Made by a program: the position numbers and the translations under genes. The notes beneath the pieces are model-generated. The model did not search any database, was not told the origin of the DNA, and worked only from the letters and a program-made list of their open reading frames with translations. From Lama glama (lineage: Eukaryota): a stretch of 64,000 nucleotides of DNA. The DNA lies in the NCBI GenBank assembly GCA_028534125.1, contig CM052817.1, positions 106,208,001 to 106,272,000 on the forward strand. Direction: 5' to 3'. Positions 1-12,650 of this stretch are shown piece after piece (the stretch's first letter is position 1; each line of letters begins with the position of its first letter).

Positions 1-775
1 CATAAAGCTGGAATGATGGATCCACACTCCACCCTTCCCTGTCCTCTCTAAGGGAGAAACCATCAACCTGTGTCAGCCTCTAGCTGCTGTACGATGGGTC
101 CTTTGGGGCAGCAGTAAGTGGTCCAGCTTTGGTTGTTGTTATTCTTGAAGGTCCTGTAGCATCTAGTGTATGTGAGGTCCTGTCAGCACTCTAAGCCAGA
201 AGAACCAGAAACCAACCCCTTGGTAGCCCTCCATGAAGCTGGAGTGTCAGGTGCAGGCATGTTTCATTCAAGAGAGAGGGCCTGGAGCTTTCTCCCTTGG
301 GCTCTGTGCTGAGCTAGGGGAGGGGCAGTGGTGAGCCAGTGCATGAGCAATGGGTTCACCCAGTTCAAGCTGTCACCTTTTTCTCAGTGACCCCCAACCT
401 GGCACTCTTTCCTGTGAGCACTTCTATTGAAGCAAGACAGAAACCAGTCCCTTGGGTAGCCTTCTGAAAAGTCGGAATGTTAGACTTTGTTTCAGACTAC
501 TCTTTCTACACCCCCCAACCCAAGAAGCAGCTAAGAGTTGGGAGTTTCCTTCCGACTGTGTTGGCAATGAGCCAGGTGGAGGGGCTCTGGCAAGTTTTAT
601 TGCCGTGGATTTTCCTGCTGTCTTTGATGCAGCTGGTTTCATGCTCCCCTGAGGTGCAAGATACTCTTAACTTTTCAGTAGAATTCTCACAAAGGATTTG
701 GGTCTACGTGTTGTTGAATGAGCTGAATCATGGAGTTCAATCTCCATGATGGAAGGAGTGTGAGCCATCTTTCTG
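1..775 (-). mobile_element. Old LINE-1 5' UTR remnant with diverged ~232-bp tandem monomers (runs off window start)
   Basis: GC-richer block ending in ...gagccatctt (reverse of the aagatggc L1 5' start); recurring motifs cctgt(c/g)agcact...cagaaacca...(cat/ctg)aaag(c/t) at ~232-bp spacing. Confidence 0.55.
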
Positions 776-2194
776 GCATCACCCCCAATTAATGGCTAGT
801 ATTGAATCATATTTTACCTGATATATTTTCTTGTGGTTAATACAATTTGGAGGAAAATACAGCCTGCATCTGTAGCAATATGGAAAAGAGAGATGACTCG
901 TTAATAAGAGAATGAGTAAGAGAAAGAAAAAGAGAAGGAAAGAGAAAGAATCTGGTTAAACAAGTCTACTTGCTTAGACTTCCAGCATCCAAGCCAAGGG
1001 GTTTAGAAGCAGGCAGTTTTTAGTTCCAGACAATAACTGGAGGGCACATCATGGCCCCATGAAGTTGGCAAGAAGTTAAACTTTTAAACACATCATGTGT
1101 TCCAAGATATGTCATGTCATGAACTTGTTTTAAAACAGAAAGATTAAGAGCAAATCCTTAACTGATGGATCAAAACCTAGAATTATATAATATATTTACT
1201 GATCAGGAATATTTCAATAAATGGTTATGGAAAGCCTACAGTTTAACATGTTTATTATATCTGAAGTTAAGAGTAACTGTCAGGTTGTATCATTATTATG
1301 ATCAACATAAATTTTATGCTTAATTTTCAGGCTGAAATGTAAAATTTTAGAAGTTTGTTTAACCAAAAATAGATGAGTAAATGCAGTGGACACATCAAGA
1401 AGTTACAAATAATAAAATGAAGCAATAATAGTGAAATTATTGAGAAATGGAAGATCCTTTCATATATTCTGATACCTTCACAGAAGTTAAGGCTCTCAAA
1501 GTCACGGTGCTGTTACTTGAGAATAAAATATAATGAGATTAACCTTTATCTTCTAGAAGAGATTGTCTGGTAAAAAGCAGAGATTTCAGTTGAATTTTGG
1601 ACTGCTTGGTCCTGACTTTTACTTACTGTGATCTGGAAGGCAAGATGGGGCACAAGGGAATTAAAATTATATTCTACTTTAACTTCATCTGACTATTTGC
1701 TGCAAAACTAAGATTGCTAAACCTGATGAGATCTATGTCAAAGTTAGGGTAGATTTTAGTAGTAAGTCACAAGGTGGTCTATAAATCAATTACATCTGTG
1801 ATGAGAATCCCAGGGATTATTTTAAAATGTGGTGATCTGAGTCTTTCTCCAAAGACTTCTAAATTGTGGGTTGTACTGGAAGAAGCAGGGAGGGGGAGGC
1901 TACAAAATTTCACACCAAAAGGTCCCCTAGATGAAAACCTACATTTACAGGTGAAATGAAGTAGTTCGTGGCATCCAATATTCCAGTCAATAAAATTAAG
2001 AATACTCAATAGAGTATATGTTGGCTTTAAGTCATCTGAAAGGTCTGTCATTGGGACTGTAACTGCTATAAAAGTAGAGAAAGGAGAACCTCATGGAGGG
2101 GATCAGATTTTTGAAGCTATTTTCCCCTGGAGGCATTTGCTGATTTGGTTACTGGCAAGGAACTGAGGATCTAAGCACAGAATTATACATACAG

Positions 2195-2330
2195 GAAGGG
2201 AGGGTATAGCTCAAGTGATAGATGTATGCTTAGTATGCAGAAGGTCTTGGGTTCCAATCCCCAGTACCTCCTCTAAAGGTAAATAAATAAATAAACCTAG
2301 TTTCCTGCCCTCCCCCTACAAAATATAAAA
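2195..2330 (+). mobile_element. tRNA-derived camelid SINE (Vic-1 type)
   Basis: gggagggtatagctcaagtgatag (A box), gggttccaatccccagtacctc (B box), taaa repeats, A-rich tail; degenerate TSD aattatacatacag / aactatatatatag. Confidence 0.85.
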
Positions 2331-2940
2331 ACTATATATATAGAAGCTGGGGAGACAGAGGGATATGCTGAGTTCTGGACAAAAAAAATGTGAGAACCTC
2401 TAGGATATAACTACTTTTTTTGTCAATACAGTTGCTGAATTCAGGCAAAGAAAGCAGCCTAAAGTTGACTTAGCAAAGTCTCTAATCTTATCAAATGTTC
2501 AGAAACCATATTACCTGCCTAAAAGAAGAGTCAGCCAATGAGGGAGATAATATCATTTGAGCCTCCATAACTTTTATATACAGTGGTTTCCATGTAATAG
2601 AATCACCAGGCTTGCCAAAAGACAGAGAAATCTAATTTTTTTGAATCAAGAGTATAAACAGACAGTATAAAGAAATTTGCAAGAAATTCACCAGACATTC
2701 ATGTAAGCTAATTAGGACTATAACAACTGTGAGTAATATAATCTAAATATATAGAAAAGGTAGAGAAAATAGGAGAAAAATGAAGAAAGTTAGATACTTG
2801 GAGAATTATGATCTACAAACATTTGATAATTAAATAATGCTTTACAAAATTGAAATCTACAAAAATGCTTAACAGAAATTCTAGACATTATAAGTACAAT
2901 ATATAAAATTAAGTTTCTATTAAAACAGTTTAAACACACT

Positions 2941-3150
2941 TAGCCACTATATATAAAAATAGATAAAAAATTCTTCTGTAGAGCACAGGGAACTATATTC
3001 AATATCTTGTAATAACCTTTAATGAAAAAGAGTGTGAAAACGAATATATGTGTGTATATGCATAACTGGGGGCCTTGTGCTGTACACCAGAAATTGACAC
3101 ATTGTAACTGACTATACTTCAATAAAAATTTTAAAAATAGAAAAAAAGTA
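2941..3150 (+). mobile_element. 5'-truncated lineage-specific L1 3' end
   Basis: gcacagggaactatattcaatatcttgtaataacc...gctgtacaccagaaattgacacattgtaactgactatacttcaataaaaa followed by A-rich tail. Confidence 0.9.
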
Positions 3151-4119
3151 AAAAGCAGAAGCATTCTAGAGATAATAAACATTATAATGATAAAAGAGCC
3201 AATCCTCTATGAAGGAATTGCTGTTATAAATCTGCAAGCATAATCTATATAAAGCAAAACTTGGCAGAATTTAAAAGATAGCGGTACGACCTAACACACT
3301 TGTCTTCATAGCTAATTGAACAACCAGAAAATGCATCAGTAAGAACACAGTGCATTTGAAGAACATAATTAACCAACTTCCCCTACTTGCCTAAGTGGAA
3401 CACACCACAAATCAATTTTGAAAATGGCTTGGCAGTAATAACTCCAGCTCCATGCCTGCATAGCCGGGGACCTCGCTCTTCCACTCCTAGGAAGACACTC
3501 TGCAGAATATGTATATTTTTTTCACCAAAGACGTGCCCTGGGATGTTCACTGATTTGTAATAGCGAGAACCTGGAAACTCCCCAGGAGCAGAATGGATAA
3601 ATGATTGTAATCTATATTTTCCCAATTGATTATTACCTGGCAGAGAAAATGAAGGAACTGTGGCCACTCAGCCATTTGGATAACTTGAAAATAGGATGTT
3701 GGGGGAAAGAAGCCAGATTCTGAAGTGTATCTACTGTATGATTTCACGGATATAAAGATGAAAAACCTGGAAGAACCAATCTCTGCTCTCAGAGGTCCAC
3801 AGAGCTGTCTGTTATCCTTTAGCAGGAGATGCCCAACGGGCCCCATGGGGGCCACGGTTGTACTAGTAATAGGAGTGCTATTCTTGACCTGCGCACTGGC
3901 TGCAAATGTGGAAAAAGGGCGAACCCTTGATAGGTACAATTTTCTGCATGGGTGTCATACTTCAATACGCTATTCCAAATCCTACACGTTATAAACTGAC
4001 TATACTTCAATAAAAATATACTTAAAATATGACAAAATCTAGAAAGTTAATGGAATTGTCACTGTTTTGTCGAGCCCTCTCCTCCCTGCCAGCTTCAGCT
4101 GGAAATAACTTACTCAGTC

Positions 4120-4640
4120 TTTATCCCATCATGTCCCTGGGTGCTGATTCCAGATGCTGGTGGGTGACTCAGAGCCTCACATTGTGTCTTTATGGGAACC
4201 TTGGACACTAAGGCAAGAGCTTCTGTGTGGGGTGACTAGCTGTGCATTATGGGGAGGGAACTCGCCTGAAAATAGGAACGGGACAGAAGGAGTACTGAAT
4301 GAAGAGGTTCAGACCCTAACAAATTTGTGCCAGATGGCTCAATTTCAGTTTGGTTACACTGGGGCTGTATTTCTCCGAATCCCCTTCTGTATATAGCACT
4401 GGGTTACAGTTCACTTAAGATGAAGTTGAGCAAGATTTAGGAGGTGGAAGGAAGCAGCAAAAATTCTGCTTTATCGGTTAGGGGTGGTGAGAGACAGATC
4501 CTCAGAACACAAGGAAGCAATAACTGTGAAGAGCTACTAGCTTTCTTTTCCCTGGTTTCTGGGCAATAACTACTCTGGCTGGACGTTGCTAAGCATCTGA
4601 TTTACCGACAGTCTCCAGGAAAGCAGGCTTTGTTGCACCA
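4120..4640. mobile_element. Old ERVL/MaLR-type LTR remnant (family uncertain)
   Basis: gacactaaggcaagagc...gctgtgcattatggggaggg motif resembles old ERVL/MaLR LTRs; termini not resolved. Confidence 0.4.
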
Positions 4641-4769
4641 GGGTGGAAGAATGTTACGTCATCAAAACTAACTAATGCTACGGCATTCATTGATTAAACA
4701 CTTACTTAAATTTTTTGTTTCATGAGTTACCTTATATTTAGTAATAAATAATAGTTTTTTAAAAAGATT

Positions 4770-5080
4770 TTAGGGGATTTTTAGGACAGTGGAAATACTA
4801 CATATGATACTCTATTTGTGGATGTATGTCATTATACATTTGTCCAAACCAGTAGAAGAGACAACACCAAGATGGGACCTTAATGTCAACTACAGACTTA
4901 GGGTGAAAATGATGTGTCAGTGTATGTTCATCAGTTGTAATAAATGTACCACTGTGGTGGGGGGTAATGAAGAAGTCTATGCGCGTGTGGGGGCAGGGGG
5001 TACGTGGGAGATCTCTGAATCTTTCTCTCAATTTTGCTGTGAAACTAAAACTGCTTTAAAAAACAAAGTCTTCAAAAGTA
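4770..5080 (+). mobile_element. L1MC-type 3' UTR end
   Basis: gtcattatacatttgtccaaacc...gatgtgtcagtgtatgttcatcagttgtaataaatgtaccact...caattttgctgtgaaactaaaactgctttaaaaaacaaagtc. Confidence 0.85.
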
Positions 5081-6188
5081 ACTTTTGATAGTTTTAGAAA
5101 TCACTCTTCTTTCTAAACCTAAGTAGTTCATCAAAAGTAACATGTTAAATGTAAGGAGTTCTTAACCTTTTAACCATTACAAATTTCTCAAACACTTGCT
5201 CATTTAAAAAAAAAAGGAATGAATAAATATGAATTCTAATTCACATTTTGCAAAACAATTTCAAAATTAATTTCATTTTGAGAAAACCTTTCCAAAGATG
5301 GTAACCAATTTAAAGTATTTCAAAATGTATATTGTGTAAAATACTAGAGGAGTATGCTTCTCTTCAGTTTTATCAATTACAAAATAGATTGTATTAAACC
5401 ATTATTTGAACTGGTTGTATAAATAAATGGATCCCTTAACTTTTTGCAGTGTTCCTCTCTATACCAATGTAACATCTGTGTCCCTATCTGAAAATGTGGT
5501 CATGGAATATGACATTTACCTCAGGGCAATGGTTCTGTTCCATTTTATGGCTACAGCTTAGGTGTCAGAAGGTGAACATGAGAACCATAAAGCATTTCTC
5601 ATCCAAAAAGGAAGGTCAAATTTATGATCCAATGTAAATCCTCAATCAATTGGAAATACCAAGAAATACAGTCCTTACGTATAGGCCATTTTTTTTTTAA
5701 ACTTAGATAGAAAAACAGGACTATGGTAAGATCAAAAGTCTTTGGGGAGAGTCTGTATACTTCACAACTTCTAATTTTGATAAAGATCACATGTGATCAG
5801 TAACATTTTCATTTTTTCTGAATCAGCCTGACTCAATTTTCTCTTGTTATTGTACACAATGATATAACTAATCATTTTCAACGTTTCAAGTTATTGAAAT
5901 ATTAACCCACTTAGTTTTATTACCTCCCTTAAATTCCACTTGGATATGTAATATGTCAGGATAGTATTATTTCTCCAAATATTATGAAATTGACTTAGAT
6001 ATTGTGTTCCAGATTGAAATGAGGTTTCTCTTTGATACAATAAACCATTACTAAGTGTCTAAAAGAGGCAGTATGTTGTAAGGTATAATGAGCTTTTCTA
6101 ACTTTAATAACATATTGCCTTAGCATATTTTTATATCAGATGATCAAGGAAATATGTATAATTACTATCCAATGTGTTTTACACATGC

Positions 6189-6688
6189 NNNNNNNNNNNN
6201 NNNNNNNNNNNNNNNNNNNNNNNNNNNNNNNNNNNNNNNNNNNNNNNNNNNNNNNNNNNNNNNNNNNNNNNNNNNNNNNNNNNNNNNNNNNNNNNNNNNN
6301 NNNNNNNNNNNNNNNNNNNNNNNNNNNNNNNNNNNNNNNNNNNNNNNNNNNNNNNNNNNNNNNNNNNNNNNNNNNNNNNNNNNNNNNNNNNNNNNNNNNN
6401 NNNNNNNNNNNNNNNNNNNNNNNNNNNNNNNNNNNNNNNNNNNNNNNNNNNNNNNNNNNNNNNNNNNNNNNNNNNNNNNNNNNNNNNNNNNNNNNNNNNN
6501 NNNNNNNNNNNNNNNNNNNNNNNNNNNNNNNNNNNNNNNNNNNNNNNNNNNNNNNNNNNNNNNNNNNNNNNNNNNNNNNNNNNNNNNNNNNNNNNNNNNN
6601 NNNNNNNNNNNNNNNNNNNNNNNNNNNNNNNNNNNNNNNNNNNNNNNNNNNNNNNNNNNNNNNNNNNNNNNNNNNNNNNNNNNNNNNN
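6189..6688. other. Assembly gap (500 N)
   Basis: Run of N. Confidence 1.
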
Positions 6689-6784
6689 TGAGGAATTGAT
6701 GGGTTGCATTCCCCACCAATGCAAAAGATTGTCCCTCTTAACTCTTCTCTGTATTAATTGTTTTGATTTAACAGACGTCAAAAT

Positions 6785-6960
6785 GGCAATAGTTAACCAT
6801 TATGAAAGCTTACTAGGTGTTAGGTATAATTCCAAAAGCTGCACACGCATTAGTAATTAACAGTTGCAAAAACCCAGTGGGACAGATACTGTCAGTTTTC
6901 CCCATTTTACTAAGGAACCTGAAGGGTGGAATATCTGTAACTTGTTTGAGGTGGCATAAT
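6785..6960 (-). mobile_element. MIR SINE remnant
   Basis: Reverse of MIR core/tail: ...ccccattttactaaggaacctgaagg...taacttgtttgagg. Confidence 0.65.
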
Positions 6961-7123
6961 TTTTCAGGGACAAAGCTGGATTGCTATTCACTTTACCACT
7001 TTAGATACTTTGACTAATTAAATATGGAGGACAAGTGAGTTTACTGAGGTTAAGGAGTCAAGGATGATATGGTAGCATATATATTAAAAGCATTGCTTAT
7101 TTACACATTAGAATAGTTGTATA

Positions 7124-7144
7124 TGTGTGTGTGTGTGTGTGTGT
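7124..7144. repeat. (TG)n microsatellite
   Basis: tgtgtg run. Confidence 0.95.
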
Positions 7145-7590
7145 ATATATGTTCATATGCATAAATGTGTCCATATGGAAATGTCATATTTGGAATATTT
7201 GAAGATCTATGGAAATGTGTTTATAGTATGTCTCATGATTTTCAAGTCTACATCCAATTGACTAATCTCAGTTTCAGAGTTCCTTTAGAGATTTCCAAAT
7301 ACTTCATAAAAATGCTTTTCATTTAGCAGTTCTCTTCAGATTCCCTAGAATTTCTTGGGTATTCAAAGAGTTTTATCCTTTTCTAAATAATAGTTTATTA
7401 GATGCTTTTGTAAACATTACGTTACTCTCCAGGGAAGCACATATTCCTGTCATAAGACATAATTAGACTGTATAATGAAGAAAGCTCAGTTATATATTGC
7501 TAAGTGTAGGGAGAAAAAAATGATCTCTTTTAGAGGAAAAGAGGAAAATGTAACACTCTGCAGTATTACATGCTTTAGAATGTCCTATTC

Positions 7591-7980
7591 TTTTTTTTTA
7601 ACATTTTTTATTGATTTATAATCATTTTACAATGTTGTGTCAAATTCCAGTGTTCAGCACAATTTTTCAGTCATACATGGACATATACACACTCATTGTC
7701 ACATTTTTTTCTCTGTGAGCTACCATAACATTTTGTGTATATTTCCCTGTGCTATACAGTATAATCTTGTTTATCTATTCTACAATTTCAAAATCCCAGT
7801 CTATCCCTTCTCACCCTAGCCACCCTGGTAACCACAAGTCTGTATTCTCTGTCTATGAGTCTATTTCTGTCCTGTATTTATGCTTTATTTTTGTTTGTTT
7901 GTTTGTTTTTGTTTGTTTAGATTCCATATATGAGTGATCTCATATGGTATTTTTCTTTCTCTTTCTGGCTTACTTCACTT
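7591..7980 (-). mobile_element. Young lineage-specific L1 3' end
   Basis: poly-T then ttttattgatttataatcattttacaatgttgtgtcaaattccagtg...atttccctgtgctatacag...ctggcttacttcactt. Confidence 0.9.
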
Positions 7981-8392
7981 ATTGTGAGTTAATACTCTTT
8001 TACTCTTAAATAGACTTCACTTTTACATATCCCTTAAAATAATAAGTGAGACATAAAAATATGAAGACCAAAACATTTATGATTGCTGTGAACTTAGAAC
8101 TGACCCAGTTCAGAAATATCAAATATGTTCTTCTTGATACAGCAGGGATGACCCAGATAATATCCCAAAGTTCAATTCAGAGCTGCCTTATTTAATAAGA
8201 GCTGAGAGTGACTCAAAAATAAGACAGTAGAATTGCTATGCAGAACCGATCCAATAAGTGGGTCCACATTGATGTGGCATCTTTGGGGTGAAAAAATAGC
8301 AGATTATGTCTTCAAAAGAAGAAATGCCTCCTTATGTGCATATATCTTTAGATCCATTTATTCAAAGTTTGGATGAAGAGAGATTATTTTTA

Positions 8393-8855
8393 TGCCAACT
8401 AAAAATGGTTGCTTGCCGTCTGGTTCCACAAGAATGAGGTCATGAGCCACTGCAGTTGCTGACCTTCAGTATACCTTGGGAGGAGCTCAGAATGGAATCA
8501 GGAATGAGGCACTTAGTGCTCTGGAAAAACTGTCAGAACAGACCTTCAGATAGATATTTTCAGAAGAGTTTATGAGCCTAAATTGTTGCATCTCCTCATA
8601 TTTAGAAAAGCACTAAAATCATTCATGGAGACATTTGTTCCTCATGACTATCAGTAACCTTCTGCCAAAATGTGTGTTTGATTGCACGTACCCGCCCTTC
8701 ATTAAAAGTCACATATATACTGACCCCCCCCCCACCTCCGCAGAGCAGGTCCTCAGAGCTCTCTGGGAGGCTGTCTCCTGGGCTGTAGTCCTCAGTAAGC
8801 CCCAAATAAAACTCAACTCACAGCTCTCACACTGTGCACTCTTGTTCAGTGGACA
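8393..8855 (+). mobile_element. Solo ERV1-class LTR, MER41-like R/U5 (family B)
   Basis: TG...CA termini, tatata box ~8714, AATAAA ~8805, gagcaggtcctcagagct...ggctgtctcctgggctgtagtcctc; homologous to 23464-23715 and 41429-41930. Confidence 0.85.
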
Positions 8856-9669
8856 ATATAAATTTAATTTAAACTAATTATTAGAAAATGTTTCTCTTAA
8901 TTTACTAACTTATCAGTAATTGTATAAAACTGTCTGAATAAAATATACACACACACATGTTTGAATTACCTCATTATTTAAACATGTTATGAATTAACTC
9001 ATTACTTAGTTGAATCCCCAACATGCATATTTCAGGAAACCCTCAAAATAAACTGAAGTTGTGAAATAAGAATAAGTATTAATACGACCATTTAACTATG
9101 TAAAATAGAACAGCAACAAAATGCTATTTTTAAGCACTGATATATGTTTAGATAAAGGCCAATTTTATGGGATAAAAGCTGTTAATTCTCTGATGTATTT
9201 ATGAGTTTCATAGCATCAAACAGAGTAACTGTAAAATAGACTGGAAAGATTGCCTCAAACTGGTGTTGAGTTCCAACTAAATCAATTCATAAAAATATCA
9301 GATTCACCATTAACTATCTATTAAAAAAGAAAGAAAAATATTATAATAAAACCTGAGGAACTGGTAAATCACATCATCTTTGCATTAAACTTAATAGGTT
9401 AATTTTTCTCATTTTCTTTTTAGTGACCAGGTCAATCTGGTTAACCTCAGTTGATCATTCCTTAAGGATATACTTAATAAACTGTTGTTATATTTTTGAA
9501 AAGTATTTTCCATGAATTTTCATCATTAGAAACTAACACACAGACATATTAGTACTTGCAATCCATTTCTCGCCACTGGTATGTTCCCCACAGAGAACTT
9601 TCTACCTCTAATAATCATTGATCAAGAATACCTTTTGTGAATGTTGTTGAATAACCAACACAGAATTAA

Positions 9670-9896
9670 AGGAATAGATTGGGAGTTTGGGATTTGCAAA
9701 TACTAACTACTATATATAAAATAGATACACAACAAGGTTCTACTGTATAGCACAGGGAACTATATTCAGTATTTTGCAGTAACTTATAATGAAAAAGAAT
9801 ACGAAATGGAGTATGTACATATGTATAACTGATTCACTATGCTGTACACCAGAAATTAGTACATTCTAAACCAACTATACTTCAGTAAAAATTAAA
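9670..9896 (+). mobile_element. 5'-truncated L1 3' end
   Basis: gggagtttgggatttgcaaatactaactac...gcacagggaactatattcag...ctatacttcagtaaaa; acagaatt on both flanks (probable TSD). Confidence 0.9.
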
Positions 9897-12544
9897 TACA
9901 GAATTTAATAAGGCTTCTCTAAGACTTTTATACAATAATTAAAAGTATACATTTGAAAATGATCAATATTGATTCTCCTTAAGATTATTAAATATTGATA
10001 CAAAGTCATCTCTGCAATTTTCAACATTTCACTTATTTTTGTTTTATGGCTTATTTATCATTTATTTATTTTCTTGTGGCTTTGCTATTTGTGATCAAAA
10101 CAGAAAATCCTTTTTTTATTAATAGCAATGAGAATATATTTTTACTGTTTTAAAACTTTTCAAATACTTTTAAAAATTAGTAGTTTCTAAAATAGATTCA
10201 GTATAAGTTGATTATATTTATTCCCTTCGTTTTCATCTTTAGGAGAAAGTTGTGTTTAATTACGGAGGAGAAGTATGTCTAATGTTTCTTTTCTATTTTC
10301 TCATTCACATTAAACTATAACACTAATCTTTGTGCCTAATTGGAGAAAAAAACTCTGAGCCAATTGAAAGAGCAGCAGCAAACATACGAATATGCTTTTG
10401 ACATGAGTATTTCCATTACTAAATTAAAAATGAAATTAATAGTTTCTGTGGAACAATACAAACTAATACAGAATGAAGCAAAATGTCGGTAATCCTAAGG
10501 GCTGTACAGGTCTGTGATTAGAGGCAGCTGTTCCTAATTGGGATAGGCCATATCAAATAAATCTCCCACAATTGTTTATTCTTTCAATCATAGGTGATGA
10601 CTTTAACCAAGACTAATTATTTTTCCTTACCCAAAATGAATTTCCTGTGGCATTTAGCAAATTCTGATCAGTTTGTCTTCTGAAATGTTGATGAATATTT
10701 GATGTGAATTCAAAGCATTATTTGAGTATTTCTTCCTGGTCATCCTTAAGGTTCAAAAGCCGTCATATACATCAAATATTCTTTGGACAAAGAATGATGT
10801 GATAATGAGAGGAAAATGTGCTAACCAAGTGCACAGGATATAATAGTGTTTGTTCGCTGATTTGCATCAAACAAACAAACAAACAAAACAACAAAAAAAA
10901 CAGGACATAAGGCAGAGTGAAAAGAAACTGCCAGGCATTGGATCAAACGAGTTGGTTGCCTTGCTCTCTAAACAATTTAGAGCTTTTCATTACCTCTTGG
11001 TGTATGGTCATATATCATCTCCCATAACTGCTCAAAACTTACTTTGCGATCTATCTGACTAGGTATCAAAGTATCAGACATGTTCTTTCTTTGTTAAAGC
11101 ACTTAGAGAATGGATGAATCTACTGGACACAAACTGTGCAGCAGCTTTTTGAATACGTGATGCAGAGGTTTAACAAACCCACACACCTTACCTACACATC
11201 CCCAAAATATCTTACAGGGTTACAGAACAAATCATTCTTCCCAATTTCAATGTCAGATTTAATAACTAAGTAAATTGTCTTATTATTCTGGAAGTGAAGC
11301 AGCTTTCCTTTCAGGCATGATGCACATGGAAAACAGATTTGGGGAAGACAGCTCGGTTGGAGTTTTCATCCTTTTGGATATTTTGTTCATGATCGTCTGC
11401 TTGGTGCCTTGATCTTATCCAATTAGCATCCCCATTTTTGTGAATTTTGCTGTGAAATGTTCGTTTGCAGCAGCTGCTGTGTTTTGGATTGTCATTGCAA
11501 ATTGCCATTCTCTATACCTCTTTCCATTTTCAGGTTTATCTGCCAGCTTTCATCAGAATCACTGTTTCTAAGAAAGTTTTAATTAAAATAATTCAGAAAA
11601 ATACCTTCCTGTTCAGAGTTTTGGGATTCCACACACACTTAAATACATGTAAAATGCTTTCAAATATTCAAATCTACACAAACCTTTGGGTTCCTGGTCC
11701 TCAAGCCTTTTAGTCCAAGTAAAATCATTCCAGTTTCCAATCCAGGTTCTATTGAAAATCTCCCCTGCCATCACCAGTACTTCTCACGAGGCCTGAAGAC
11801 TTGGCTTTGTGTACTATGATCTCTCACCCCGAGTGTCTTTTCCCAGACCTATTTCAATTACTATCTGCCAGAGCTGTCATATTCCCCTTTTGTTCTGTCT
11901 AGTTGTTTATGTTTCCTTGGCTCTAATTCCTAAAAAAAAAATAATAATAATAATAATAATTCGTTTATAGCAGTGACACTTCGAAAGCTGAAAGTTTGAG
12001 AGTAACAAGAATGCCATGGGGAACTAGAGATTAAAGCCCGAATCAGAACAAGGAACAGATTAAATGCCAGCCATTAGCATTCTTCCCAGTTCCGCTTTCA
12101 TCTTTGCCAATTTGTGCTTCTGACCATTCATAATTCTCCCCAAACCAGCTTTTCTACCATTTCCTGGGTATTTCTTCCTCTGAACAGCCATTTCCAAATT
12201 CCCAAAAATGTCTTTCCTGCAGAGTTTTGAGAAGCCAATTCCTATATTCTTTACTGTATTATATAAAGTGACATAAGGCTTAAAACTGCTTTATTCCTTT
12301 TATCTTCTTTCCCCACCAATTAAATAACAACAAATAAAAACAAACAAGCAAGTAAAAGCCATTGACTATGTTCATCTAAATTACTCTGAGAAGTGGATCA
12401 CCCTTATGATAATCAATTAAGGTTTAAAATGGAGGGCCCTGGAACTTATACTAGACTGAATTTTTTTGAAATCATTGAGATGTTGGCATAGCAATCTACA
12501 TCTCAATGAGCTGGCAAGGTGATGCTCAAAAAACAACTATATTT

Positions 12545-12650
12545 ACATATATATATATATATATATCTGAATCACATTGCTGTACACCTGAAATGAACAC
12601 AATATTGCAAATCAACTAGACTTCCATAAACATAATACACATTTTAAAAA
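12545..12650 (+). mobile_element. Short L1 3' end with (TA)n
   Basis: ctgaatcacattgctgtacacctgaaatgaacacaatattgcaaatcaacta. Confidence 0.8.

Larger units (their letters stand above)
2060..3915 (+). mobile_element. Fragmented old L1M-type LINE (5'/ORF1, ORF2 EN and 3' UTR remnants), interrupted by a SINE and a younger L1 tail
   Basis: A-rich plus strand; L1 3'-region motifs such as ccactcctagg...gatgttcactgatttgtaatagc...aacctggaaac...gaatggataaat at 3480-3602. Confidence 0.55.

Noticed and set aside
2198..2270. tRNA-like sequence with A and B boxes
   Set aside because: It is the head of a SINE, with tail and TSD, not a tRNA gene
6140..6860. Long ORFs of 180-228 aa (similar N-spanning ORFs at 21520-21759 and 56392-56988)
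   Set aside because: Artefacts of translating through N gaps
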